A stretch of 64,000 nucleotides of DNA from Auanema rhodensis (taxonomy: Eukaryota; Animalia; Nematoda), in assembly GCA_964057225.1 (NCBI GenBank), contig OZ059895.1:7316001-7380000 (forward strand). Reading direction: 5' to 3'. A program made the translations under genes and the position numbers. Numbering within the stretch: the stretch's first letter is position 1; the number at the start of each line of letters is the position of its first letter. This document shows, in pieces, positions 51,077-64,000 of this stretch. The notes beneath the pieces are model-generated. The model searched no databases. It was not told the DNA's origin and worked only from the letters and a program-made list of their open reading frames with translations.

Positions 51077-53804
51077 TTAAATGTCTCGGTAGTTAGCGTA
51101 GAAGTTACTGTATTTCACAGTATTGAAGACAACCAGCATATTTTGATAACTTGATTCGTATTTTATTAGATTACTCACACTAAAATATAAATATTTAATA
51201 ATAAAAATAAAAATAAAAACTTACGGTTTTCCTATAATTGGGTAATTAACTGTTGGTCCATCATAAACTACAATTTCACCATAAGATGCTGTAAGTTCAG
51301 TAAACTCAATCAACACACTAAATATAATTAATATAATTAATATAATTAATATAATTAATAAAAAATATATTAATTTATAACCGTTTATTATTATTAGCTG
51401 CTAGATGATAGGAACACGAAACATTTTTGGAAAATGAAACTGGATAGCCTGGACTTGAAATCTAAATTGATAAGTTAAGCTTTTAATTAAACACAAAGTA
51501 TGTGAAGCATTTCAACTTACACTTCCAGGAGTGTACAGCATTCCGGAATTGCAGCCGGATGATGGAGCACTAGTTGGTGGCTGATATGGTTTGAAATTCA
51601 AGAACCACTGATTATCTCCACGCATTGAAGCTCTAGCAATAATCTTCATTGATTCATCATTGGATATAATTGGATCTTGATTGGATAAAATGCTACCATC
51701 AACACTAAATAAATTAACAAATAAATTATAAAAAAATATATAAATTATACATTTTGAATGGAATCATATCTGTAATAGTGTTGTAAAACTCAATAGTATT
51801 GTTTCCTGACAGATGTTTTTCAAGAATTTGAACTTGAACTTGTTGTCCCTTAGGCACACTGATGATATATGTGCATGTTTCTCCAAAAAAGCTATTTGGA
51901 TAACGAGGAGATGAAATCTGAATGTGGCAAAATACTACTTATATGTGAACAATGTGAAACATACATTTCCATTAGTTTCATAATAGAATGGACCAGTACA
52001 GACTCGAGAAGCAGATGAGAATTTGAAAGACCAACGATTGTTTCCATATGCTGAAGACCTAGTTACAATTTTCATTGATGATCCATCAGAAAGAACAACA
52101 GAATAAACAGGAGAATTACTATCAATTCTGGAATAGGAAAGATTAAATTTTGATTTTTTGCAAATTGAACTACATTTGAAAAGGCATGTTATCTGTAATC
52201 TCGTTGTAAAACATTAAATAACTACTGTTATATTCAATATGAATGTCGTTGAATACAACCTGAACTTGTTGTCCCTCGGGCACACTGAGGATATAAGTAC
52301 ATGTTTCTCCATTATATGTATTTGGATAATAAGGAGATGAAACCTGAAGAAGGAATAGCATTACTGAACTCATACACCACATGAAACATACAGTTCCATT
52401 ATTCTCATAATAGAATGGTGATTTACAGTAATGAGTTGGAGTTGGAGTAGTTACAGGCATAGGAGTTGGAGTAGTTACAGGCATAGGAGTTGTTGTTGAA
52501 CAAGGATAATTATTCACATCTGAATTAAAAATAAATAAATATTGAAAGAATAAATATTAATAATTACTTGTTCTGCATACTGAAATAAGTGGTGTATTAC
52601 AGTAAGTATTAATCCATTTTCCTCTAGCAACAACATCATTGATTAGCGATAATCCAACACAATTACCAAGATTTGGATTTTGATATCCTAAAAAAAGAAA
52701 AATCTCAGAAGATTTTAATGAAATTTACCAAAATTTCTATAAGCAATTGGCTGATTTGTATTTGAATCATAATATTGTTTGTTATAATATGATATTCCTA
52801 ATCGTACATAATCAGAAGTATAAGAATAATTTGAAACTAATGACGTAATGTAATCATCTTCCTGAAATTTCCATGAAAGAACTTAGAATCAAGAGAATGA
52901 TGACTTACAGCCGTTGATCTTGGAGTTGCAACATGGCCACAGCTGGCTGAACATAAAGCTTCAGCATCATCATAAGTTTGTGCCATGCTTATAGCCTTAT
53001 AGCATGAATCTCCATTTTGAGAATATTCAGGTGGACATGCTGGTTTTCCTATAATATAAATTAAATTTGAATGCAAATAAATTTCTTACGTTCACCAGGA
53101 ATTTGACATACATATCCATCACTAGGAGTTCTACAGTAATCACTAAACCATTTACCAGAATAAGGTCCATATGAATACATAGCGACACATAAATAGTTAT
53201 GTGTATCACCTAAATATATTTATATATAAATTATATTATTATGTTATAAATTAAAAAATACCAGTAAGGAAATTATCATATGAACGTTCCCTAAATTGCG
53301 TTCCATCATCATAGTAGCATGATGTAAGTGATGGTCCATAACACCTAATTCCAAGCCACAAAGTTTTAACTGATGATGGTGCCATAGACAGAATTAAAGA
53401 GTTTGTCTTAAATTTTTATAATAATTCATATAATATAATATATATTTATATATATATAACTTACAAAGACATTTGTTGGCATAGCAAGATGTCCACCATA
53501 TTCAACACATGATGCATTAGCGTCTCTCTCTACCGAATTATCAATGAACAACTTGAATAAATATAAATAAACAATAATCCAAAATAATAATCAATATATT
53601 TATATAATCAATATATATATTATTATATATTATTAATCAATATATATTTATTATAAATTAGATTACCTTATAACAATTGGAATCTTGTCCATCAGTCCAT
53701 CCTGGTGGACATGCTTTTACTATAAAAATCAAAAAATCAAAAAATAAAAATAGAAATAACTTACCAATTAAGAATAAAAAAGAAAAAATGAAGAAAAACT
53801 TCAT
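51077..53804 (-). CDS. Secreted C-type lectin/CUB protein A (signal peptide, 2 CTLD, P/T linker, 3 CUB)
   Basis: MKFFFIFSFLFLI|VKACPPGWTDGQDSNCYK|LFID...CVEYGGHLA; CPPEYSQNGDSCYK...CGHVATP; CUB starts VSSPYYPNTY..CTYILSVPEGQQVQV, ISSPRYPNS, ISSPGYPVS; stop at 51077. Confidence 0.88.
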
Positions 53805-53926
53805 TTTTTCAATTTGAAAATTTGAATTCAAATGAGATATGTATATACCTTTATATAATCTTCAATTCTTAAATAAATCTTTATTTTTATGATAAAAATG
53901 AGAAGAAAAAGATTATTTCTTATCAA
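53547..53926. repeat. About 370-bp near-identical duplicate of 57352-57715 (promoter, exons 1-2 and introns of the two lectin genes)
   Basis: Direct comparison; the differences are essentially an indel in an AT-rich intron segment and a point change. Confidence 0.92.
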
Positions 53927-54005
53927 GGTGACGTGATTTATTAGATTATCGGAAGCTTTTCATTAGTTAGAGATTATTAATTAAAAATTTTCTTCTTATC
54001 TCCTT

Positions 54006-54051
<46 letters not shown>

Positions 54052-55080
54052 TTCTCTCTCTCTCTCGCAATGAATAATTTACTTTACTCTTTTCTTGATT
54101 TTCTATTTGATACTTTATCTGAATAACGGCTGACACGACAATCATTCGTTGATCACGTTGAAAATCTTCATCGAAGCTTCGATTGGTTATTCCAATCTGG
54201 CAAATTCTTTTTTAGAAAAATTAACATTTCAATCTTTGTGAAAACATCAAAAAAACTTTTATTTTGATATGAATAACAATCAATCAATGAATAGACATAT
54301 CTGAAATAGATTTCTTCATTTTTTGAAACGGAACTTCTAATTTGATCATATGAATGTGAAATCCAAAACAGTTGTTTTTATCTGATTTTCCAAATTAACA
54401 TACAGAAATATTTGATGAAAAATGAAAAAAAAATCATTATCAATTTCAGAAGTTTCATCAAGATTTCAGAAATAATCTTTTGATATAGTGTTAGGAGTAC
54501 ACTAAACATCAATTTTTCTTTTAAACGGGAGAATTTGTTTGCACGTCAACCAAGTTTTCTTCATAGATATTCAGTAAGATTCAGATGTTGAAGCTTACTT
54601 GCTTGAAGCTATGTTGCAGACAAAAACTTTGTTATTGATTGAGCTTTGTGCTTAGAATCATTTTAAAACATTTTTAATGAATTAACTTCTTTCTTAATCT
54701 CAAAATTTGTTAAATCAAAAAGGATTATTCAAAATATTCAAAAAACACTATTTTTCCTTATAAATTCAGAAAAATAATATTGAAATCAGTTTTAGTTATA
54801 TTAACATATATTCTGATTTAATATAAACTATTTAAACTTATTTTGTTGATTTAAGGAGTTTTTGTGGCCTGTAGAAGACTATTGTCTGACATTCGTTCAT
54901 GATTTCATAAAATTTTTATTTATAACTAACATATCATATTGCAAAGTTCATTTGATCACTTATGAATCTGCTATACATCTGATGGGAATGAATTGTGCAC
55001 TTTCTGGAGAGTTTGAGAATGGTAGACGACGATACATGAATTGTAAATGAAAAGATGACATACACACTCTCAAAGGTGGC

Positions 55081-55140
<60 letters not shown>

Positions 55141-55252
55141 TCTTCATTTTTCACTATGATTATGCATTAATATATATATTTATATAATTCATATAATATA
55201 ATATATAATTATACTGTTTTATTTAAATATATTCTTATTAATTATATTATTT

Positions 55253-57593
55253 TCAATTTGATTCAATAAATTTGGCAGAAAATCCGGCCGATGTTAATGT
55301 GCCAGTAGATGTGAATACTACTGTCATGTATGAGCCAGATGATTTATAGCCAATTCTTGACTCAAAAGATGTATCAATCCTATAAATAGTATAAACAGTA
55401 TAATATTTATAACTTTTTTTTTTAAAACTTACGATCCTAAAAGTGGATAATTATCTGATGGGCCATCAAAAATCATAACAGAAGCTTTTGGAGCCAAATT
55501 AATTCCATCAAAAAGGATTAACACTCTAAAATAATAATTATTATATTATATATTATATATTATATAATATATATATTATATATTAAGAAAATGAAAAAAA
55601 AATGAAAAAATTACTTACTTTTTAAATTTTTTGGCGGTAAGCCTATAATAGCAGTTTGCACCATATGAATAGTTATTTGGATAATTGGGTGATGTAATCT
55701 AAATAGATGAAAGATATGGATTTGTTGAAGTTTTAAATTGTTTTTACAATTCCTGGAGCCGTCATTATTCCGGCATTACAGCCTGATCCAAAAACGTTAG
55801 GTTTGGGCTCAAGATAGGTGATAGGTAAATATAATAAAAACCAATAGTTTTCTCCAACTAATGGAAATGACGCAACAACTTTGATAGTATGGTTTTTTGA
55901 AATATAGATATTACCCATTTGATCATCAGATGTTATTCTATAAATAATTATACATATAGTAAATAATATAATATAGATGGATATTACGTTGCAAATGGTA
56001 CAGTATCTGTTTCAGAATCATATAACTTGATTATACCATTATTTTCAAGTTGAAGTTCTGAGAAAGATAATTCAACTTTTGAATCATTTGATACATTGAT
56101 GATATAAGTACATATATCATCATTATATTGATTTGGATAATATGGAGATTCAATCTAAAATTTTAAAATTTTAAAATAAAAAATTATAATCAAACTTACA
56201 TATCCCTGATTATAATGATATGATGGTTTAGTACATACACGACCTGGTGGATGAGTTGTTGTTGTAACAATATTCTTTGAAGGATAAGCTCCAGGAGCTT
56301 TAAAAATAATTAATTATACTATATATAATATAGTTAAAAACCTGTTTGACATACAGACCATGTAGGTGGAGTACATTGAGCATTGTTCCATAGAGCATCT
56401 TGATTTGCAGATAGTTCAACACAATAACCTTCAGATGAATCAGGATAACCTAAGTAAAAATAGTGAAATTATAATAATTTATAATATATAAATTACTAAA
56501 ATGATCATAAAAGATAGTATGATTAGTATTAACATCAATATATGATGTTCCATCAAATAGAACTCCTAAACGAGCTGTACCATTATATTCATCATGCATT
56601 GAATATCGATTGATTAATGAAGCAACAAAATTATTTTCCTTAATTATATATATTATAAATTATAATAATTAAATAATATAAATACTTCTTCATTTGTTGG
56701 AACAGCAAGATTACCACCTCTAGCTATACAGTATTGTTGAGCAGTATTATAGAAATAATTTCTAGTTATTACTGAATAACATGTTCCATTTTGAGCAATT
56801 TGGAAATATCCAGGAGGACAATCTTGTATAACTATAAGAAATGAATAACTATATATATATATATATAGTATTCATATGATAATTACCTTTTGGAATCTGG
56901 CAAACATGTCCTTTAGTTTCATAATTACATGATATATAACCCCAACCACCAGCATAATATCCATTTGTATTCATATATACACATGAACTATTTTTAATTT
57001 CTAAAAAGAAATATATTATATTAATTATATTAATTATAAATATTACGTGGATAAAAGTTAATATAAGATTGATTAGTAAAACGAGTTCCATCATCGTAAT
57101 AGCAACCCTGAGTTACAGATGAATTTGATCCAAAACATCTGATTCCAACCCATAAATCATTTGATGAACCAGACATACGTAAAAGTAAAGAATTGGCCTA
57201 TAAAAATTAAATTTTGAAATATTTGAATGATTTTAGAAAAATTCTTACAAAAGCATTTTTAGGTGTTGCAAGATATCCACCTCTACTGTAACAGTTTTCA
57301 AATGCTGCTTCTCTAGTAGCGAATCTTTCATACAGCTTAAAAATTATAATAAACAACTTGAATAAATATAAATAAACAATAATCCAAAATAATAATCAAT
57401 ATATATATATAATCAATATATATATAATCAATATATTTATTATAAATTAGATTACCTTATAACAATTGGAATCTTGTCCATCAGTCCATCCTGGTGGACA
57501 TGCTTTTACTATAAAAATCAAAAAATAAAAAAATAAAAATAGAAATAACTTACCAATTAAGAATAAAAAAGAAAAAATGAAGAAAAACTTCAT
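55253..57593 (-). CDS. Secreted C-type lectin/CUB protein B (signal peptide, 2 CTLD, 2 CUB)
   Basis: Same first two exons as gene A; LYERFATREAAFENCYSRGGYLATPKNAF; CVYMNTNGYYAGGWGYISCNYETKGHVCQ; CUB starts IESPYYPNQY and ITSPNYPNNY; ends ...GFSAKFIESN* at 55253. Confidence 0.88.
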
Positions 57594-59318
57594 TTTTTCA
57601 ATTTGAAAATTTGAATTCAAATGAGATATGTATATACCTTTATATAATCTTCAATTCTTAAATAAATCTTTATTTTTATGATAAAAATGAGAAGAAAAAG
57701 ATTATTTCTTATCAATTTTGTTTGTATATTCTAGATAAATGGTTCGAACTTTTTGAAAAAATTGAATTAACTTGATTATTCATATTATTTTCTATATGAT
57801 TAGATATACATATGTATATCATAGATCATTGAAAATCTATAAATATTAATAAAAATTGTTGAAAATATTATCTCAGCTTGTCAATGACAGTTCAAACTAA
57901 ACTGCAATTAAACCACTTTTTCTATTTTATCTTTTAGTAGTTGTAAAGTAGTTAAATATATTTTTTAATAATGATGTCATTAGAGATATTCAAGAACATT
58001 AATAAGCTTTAAACCTTTTTGTTTTCAAAATTTACATGGATTTTCATTGTACCGTATCTATTTTCATTTTTAAATTTCTTCTAAAATAAATCAAAAATCA
58101 AGTAGGTTTACTTAATTCTATGAAAACTTATTGGGAACTTTGTTGTAGTTTCAATTTTTTTCTCTATTATTTCCTTAATTTTATAATATTTTATATTAAA
58201 ATATAATTATATTAATTATAAAAAATATCATAATTTCAATTGTATACCATAAATCATTGGCTATTATACTTTATTTTATATTTTAAAAAGAAAATTAATC
58301 TTATTTAGATATTTGAGATTATTTATAATAAATATTATATAATCATTAGAATCAACTATACCAATGTTTATATATAATAGTTTATTTATATTTATTTTTA
58401 TATAAATTTCATTTTCTCTTATTTCATTTCATTTCTTTTGTCGTTGTTGTTATTGTTGTTGATAATATTAATATATATATATATATATAAACATATAAGA
58501 AAGAAGTATATTATTTCATATAATTGAATACAATTTTTCTGAAAAAAAAATTACAACGAATTTTGAGAAGACGAAATTGACATACAGGTGATCAAAATAA
58601 AGAAAAAAAAACAAAACACGAAAATAATACATAGCATTGGGCATTTAAAATAAAAATTTATAATAATAATTATAATATAGTTATATATATATAATATAAT
58701 ATTTATGGTTAAAGGATACTATTTGTTTAAGAAATAATGTTAATGAAAGCTTTTCACAGGGACGCTTGAGGATAGGAAGACAAGAATAAGAGATACAAAT
58801 GAAAGAGTTATATGACGAAGAATTAAGAAATATAGATAGATAGAAGATAGACAGAAGAAATAAGATTAAAAATCATATTTTAATGGTCTGATTACGAAAA
58901 TAGTGATGCAATGAAGTTGATTAAACATTTTTATTATAAGAGATAAAGATTCTTTTCTCTTTCTTTATCTGTTTTTCTCTATCTATCTTAATCAGTTCTT
59001 TTTCTTCTTCATTGTGTTTTAAAAGGTAAGAAGTCTGTCTCAAAGATGTGCAGTAAAGACTTTCTGCACATGAAATAAACGAAAGCTGGAAGTAAGGTCC
59101 CGTCAGAAAATAAAATAAAAAGAAATTGAAGATCAATCGATGAAGCAATTAGGTATATTATATATATTATATATTTATATAATAATATAATATATATATA
59201 TATATATAATGCTGAGTAAAACCCTTTTGATAAATTAAAGGAGAGACAATGCGTAATATGAAGCCAAAAAAAAAAACAAAAAATAAACAAAAAAAAAACA
59301 AAATTAAACACAAATATT

Positions 59319-59361
59319 ATATAAATTAGAATATAATATTATATTATATTCTAATTTATAT
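59319..59361. repeat. Perfect 21-bp inverted repeat with a 1-nt spacer
   Basis: ATATAAATTAGAATATAATAT-T-ATATTATATTCTAATTTATAT. Confidence 0.9.
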
Positions 59362-61167
59362 GTAATTGATGGTAGTTTTGAAAAGGGGTTGAGTTTAATA
59401 AGTTGGCGAACTGTGATGGATGATGGAAGACAACGTATGGATCTCGATGATTGACAGACTATAAACTGTATTCAATATGAGCGAGTATGTTTCACAGAAA
59501 TCATATCTGCTACTGTAACTATCTATCTATCTAACTATATGAATTGTACACATATGTATGGATCTTTTTGTAAAAAAAAAGAAGAAAATCCAAAGAAGCA
59601 TAATTAGATGAATGGCATGTGTGTTTCAAATGCTATTTTCGACTATCACACATACATAATTTTGGAATATTTGAGAAATGAGAGTGTTTAATTGGTTTTG
59701 TATTTTTTTCAAAAAATATAATTTTTCAAAAAAAAAATAAACATATTGCCTGAGGGACAATATGAACGTAGCACCGAATAAGACCTCGTTCAAATGGAGA
59801 TTGAAAAATCAAAAGATGAGAGATACTCTATGGTATACGGGTAGTGACTATATATATATATTGTTAGTTAATTATATTGTTTCTAATATAAATATATGAT
59901 TAATCTCCCAATAACTGAATTTTGAACTAGATGGTTATGCAAACTTAATAGAACTTCTCTCCCTTTCACCTATCAGAATCTTCCCTCGCCCACCCTTCTT
60001 CCCATTTCTTGATAAACTTTGAAAATTAACTATATTCTATGAAATAAAATTTATTTTTCTTTGATTATATTTCGACTGAAAATGCGAAAAGTAATCGATT
60101 AATTATATTAATTAAGTAAATTAAATAAACGAAAATTTAAAAAGTTCAGCACCTAGTTAATGAAAAGTTGATGAACTACTTTGATTGAGATATTGGGTGG
60201 GAGGGGTGGGAGATGGATTGTACAACAGTCACTACCGTAATTAGGAAAATTTGAGAAAATTTGGTTTTAGTATAAAACATTTGAAGAAAGAAATATAAAG
60301 GGAGATGAGAGAGAAAGAGGGAGAGAAAGGGAAAGAGATTCTTGTAGGACCTCGTATAGAAACAAAGGTAAATGAAATAAATATTTGAATTATTTCATAT
60401 AGTTATGAGACGGAGGGTATATGGGGAGATGGAGTAGGTAGGGGGCCAGGGGAGAGAGAGGAACAAGTAATGATGATGTTGGAATTTGATAATGATATTT
60501 CTGAGGTGCAGACGTAAGTTGATGAGGATTACAGATGTTTCCAACTCACCAGCTTTGATAGGTGGATGGGGGAGATTGAAAGGAGGGCAGGGAGAAATGC
60601 TTTGCAGAAGTTTGAAGCTTAAACAACATTGATTGGATGGATAAAGGAAGATTGACGAGACCAATGAGGAACAAAGTTGAAAACTTGATCGACAAGAGGA
60701 AAAGCTTATTCATTGAATGTGAATGAAGGTTACGTGAATTATGGAGGCTAAGCAGTGACGTATGGATGTTTTGGGTGGGAAGCAGCAATAATGAATACGG
60801 TATGAAATGGAAAATCAAAAACAATTTCTGTTTGTAATAACCGGGATTAAACTGAGAATGCAATATGAAGCTATAGAATGCAAGAATGAAAAGATTCTGT
60901 ATTAATTTTGCTTATAAAATGTGTCTGAGTATACTGTAATAATGACTAGCTGATCACGTCATCGGGTAGTACATAGATGATTTTGTAGGGATTTTGACAA
61001 GATGAAGACGTGTGATGTATATTGAATTGAATGATGATTCTTCTGTATTTGATCTGTTTGTTGTCGTTGACGTCATCAGAATGCTGGTGTATCTTCAACA
61101 TCCGATGATTCGAATATCAGATCTTGTGAAGCAGGAACGATGTCATCAGTGCCATCGAATCATCAGC

Positions 61168-63079
61168 TCATTCAGCTGCTGTAGTTGGCTGTGGACTTGC
61201 AGCGGATGATGGAGTTGTAGCATTATTTGACGTCTCCAAGTGATCTCGAAGATGTTGTTCTAATTCAGAAGGACTTGCACAGACCTAGAAATTAAGTAAC
61301 TTATTGAGTATGTATCCATAGTTTTATTCAAACCTTTTGACATACAGAGCAAACAGTCCTCCAGAGCAGCATCATCATCTCCATGTTTGGCACACCAGCA
61401 AGTTCTATAAGTTATAATATTAAAACTATTCTATTATAATAGTCAAACACTGACCTGTTGGAAAGAGGCCAAGAGGTGGTTGAAGTCCGGCTGGCAGGGA
61501 TAAACTGGCGGCTGCTGATTTGATCGGAGATACCACAACATCAGATGGATTTGGAGTTGGCGGTGATGCATCGAAGATTCTTCGTCCTCGTCGACTTGGA
61601 CTCTGTTGCCACATATGTGTACCCATATGAACCTTCAGATTTCCTCTTGTGGTGAAGGCTCGACCACACATTTCACATTTGAACGGCTTATCACCCGTAT
61701 GCGTACGCATGTGAATCTGAAGGGCTGAGCTGGAACTGAAGTGCTTGAAGCAGACGCCACATTGATGCTTGGAGAGCACAGGCATCTGTCGTGGTGGAGG
61801 TGGCTCTGTCTCAGCCCACATCTTTTGCATTGCTTCTAAGGGATTGTCTGACGTCATTCGGGGAGAGGATGGTGCCAAAGGTGCAGATCGAGGAGTTGAA
61901 GCAGACTCATCCATCGATGAGCAATCTGTTTTGGCATCTGGAGCTGTAGATGACGATTTGACGTTTGATATGATGGCTGTAGCCGATGAGGTAGATAGTG
62001 CATCCATACTAGGTGTGGTCTTCATTTCGCCTTCAGATTCGCACCGACTAACAGATGAACCATCCGTTCTGGAATGATGATTTAAAATAATTAGTCAAAC
62101 AAGAGTTATAACATACTGGTCGTGAGAAGCTTCGCTACTAGCTGATGGTGATATTGAGGAGGTGGCATCTGTTGTGGGTTTTGGATCGGGACTTCCAACC
62201 ATGTCATCATCTTTCTTTTCATCCAAATCACTGAACAATTTGATAAATTCATTAACTTTCATAAAATAGCTAACCTGGTTGAAGCAGGGGGTGGACTTCC
62301 GGCTGTAGAAGACGATTCAGTGGCTGTAGCAGGCTTTACACGAATTTCTTCAGCACTTGCTAACTGCTTTCCCAAAAGCTGCGCAAGGTTGAATGGAGTA
62401 GTGGCTCCTACACCTGTACCCGTAGCACATTGGTCGCCGGAAAACGGTTGAGGAAAGAAAGGAAACAGCGGTAATCCACTAGGGAAACCGCCATTGGCAG
62501 TGATGTTAGAACCAGCTTGAGGTAAACCAGGAATTCGTCCTGTTAAAGCTTGACGATGTTCGGCCATATGGGCTTGTAGTTGCCCAGGAGTCATACATCT
62601 GAAACAATGAGTCAGTGTCCTATTCTATAAGATTACGTCACAAACCGTTTCTGACAGATAGGACAATGCTGTTGAGGCTGAAGTGCGGCTAAAGGTAGAT
62701 GAGCACTAAGAGGTGGCATCTGAGGAATCTGAACACCATTCAAAGGCAATGGAACACCACGGAATGAATGCTTTGCCCGATGTACTCCCATATGAGTTTT
62801 CAAGTTGCCCTTTGTGGTAAAGGCTCGTTGACAAATTTTACATTTGAATGGCCGTTCACCTAAAAATATAAATTATATGTTATAGTAAGCAACATATTGA
62901 GTAAATATGATATAACATATAGTATAAAACTAACCTGTATGTGTTCTATAATGCATTTGAAGAGCACTTTTACATGATAAAACCCGTCGACATAGAATAC
63001 ATTGATTGGGATCCGTAGTTGGCATTGCTTTATCTCCTACCAAAGCACGTATCTTTTCAGCTTCATCCGTAGTTGAAAT
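61168..63079 (-). CDS. sem-4: Spalt-family C2H2 zinc-finger transcription factor, 3' portion (5' exons beyond the right edge)
   Basis: [49 protein letters not shown]|[26 protein letters not shown] and [52 protein letters not shown] (SAL box FTTK/RGNLK); a final CSVCQK finger; stop at 61168. Confidence 0.93.
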
Positions 63080-64000
63080 CTAAAATCAAATAATAATAAA
63101 TATAATATAGTATATATAAGTATAATTATAATAATATTAATGGATAATTATTGATTATAAAATATAAATTACAATTAGATTATCTATATAAAACATACAA
63201 TTTATGTGAGATATGTAGAATAATAATTGAATAGATTATATTTTTTTTTTTTTTGTATAATAGATAGAATATTGGAAAAATTATTAATTTTCTCAACTAT
63301 ATGTATATTTCTAATTGAATATTTTGATAATATTTGAAATATAAACATATAGATTAGCAGATTATAACATTACAATCTGTTGATGATGGAGGTCGTCCAG
63401 TAACTTTTCGTTTTTTTTTGTTGGGAACGACGACAAGTACAACGAGAGCTAGTTGGCTCGCTTTAGTGATGAATCAAAAATCTTTTTTTTTTGTTGGTTC
63501 TTTTTTGAAAAAAAAAATGTTAGAGAGAAAGTGAGAAGAGAGAGGGAAAGAACTAAAGAGAGAGAGAGAGATTGAGAGCTGGCGAGTAGATAGTTTGTTG
63601 TATTCGGACGTTGAATAATCGATTATCAATAAATTATTATTATATACAAAAATTTGAGTCTAAAAACTGAAAAAAACGGAATAGATAACGATAAATAAGT
63701 AGAAAGAGAGAAAGAAAGACATAGAGTATAGAGAGAGAGAGAGAGTGAAAGAGAGAGAGAGAGAGATTGAATGATGCTACCGAATATCAAATTTCATTTT
63801 TTTATCTAATAAACTATATTTATCTTAATGCTTAGAAACAGTTGATATTCAATTCTATTAATAGTTTTTTTTCTGTTGGAAATGAATATCAACTATTTTC
63901 CATACGTGATATACAATTTGTATTTGAAATTTGAAATTAAAAGGGATCTGATGAGCGACGAGAAACAAATTTAGTCACTTTGACATAGTATTTTCAAACT

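Noticed and set aside
61117-61170. Possible readthrough extension of sem-4
   Set aside because: TGA-G context is not a leaky one and the extension is short and featureless
1-64000. CRISPR arrays, prophage, transposase/RT ORFs, rRNA, telomeric TTAGGC arrays
   Set aside because: None seen; the window is ordinary gene-containing nematode DNA

Overview
AT-rich eukaryotic genomic DNA, almost certainly from a rhabditid-type nematode: short introns, TTTCAG/TTTTAG acceptors, trans-splice-like acceptors just before ATGs, and close orthologues of C. elegans gpb-2 and sem-4. All gene models were spliced by hand, so exon boundaries are provisional. In order: the probable start of a minus-strand gene at the left edge; an MFS transporter (-); about 9 kb of non-coding DNA with GC-rich structured islands; a type II membrane protein with CCPG1-like LIR/FIR motifs (+); a 63-aa single-pass microprotein (-), absent from the ORF track, whose intron holds tRNA-Gly(TCC); a divergent Iroquois/Mohawk-class TALE homeobox gene (+); a two-PDZ gene (-) with an apparent non-AG acceptor; a small furin-site single-pass membrane protein (+); gpb-2 (+) with a candidate long N-terminus and a 12-nt microexon; a secreted 8-vWA/mucin protein (-) with a nested secreted peptide gene (+); two C-type lectin/CUB paralogues (-) sharing a near-identical 5' tract; and the 3' part of sem-4/spalt (-). 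No mobile-element ORF, CRISPR array or rRNA was recognised. Best leads: the CCPG1-like ER-phagy receptor candidate with its E-boxes and upstream structured RNA, the hidden microprotein and peptide genes, the divergent TALE gene, the gpb-2 isoform features, and the directional gene-conversion footprint.
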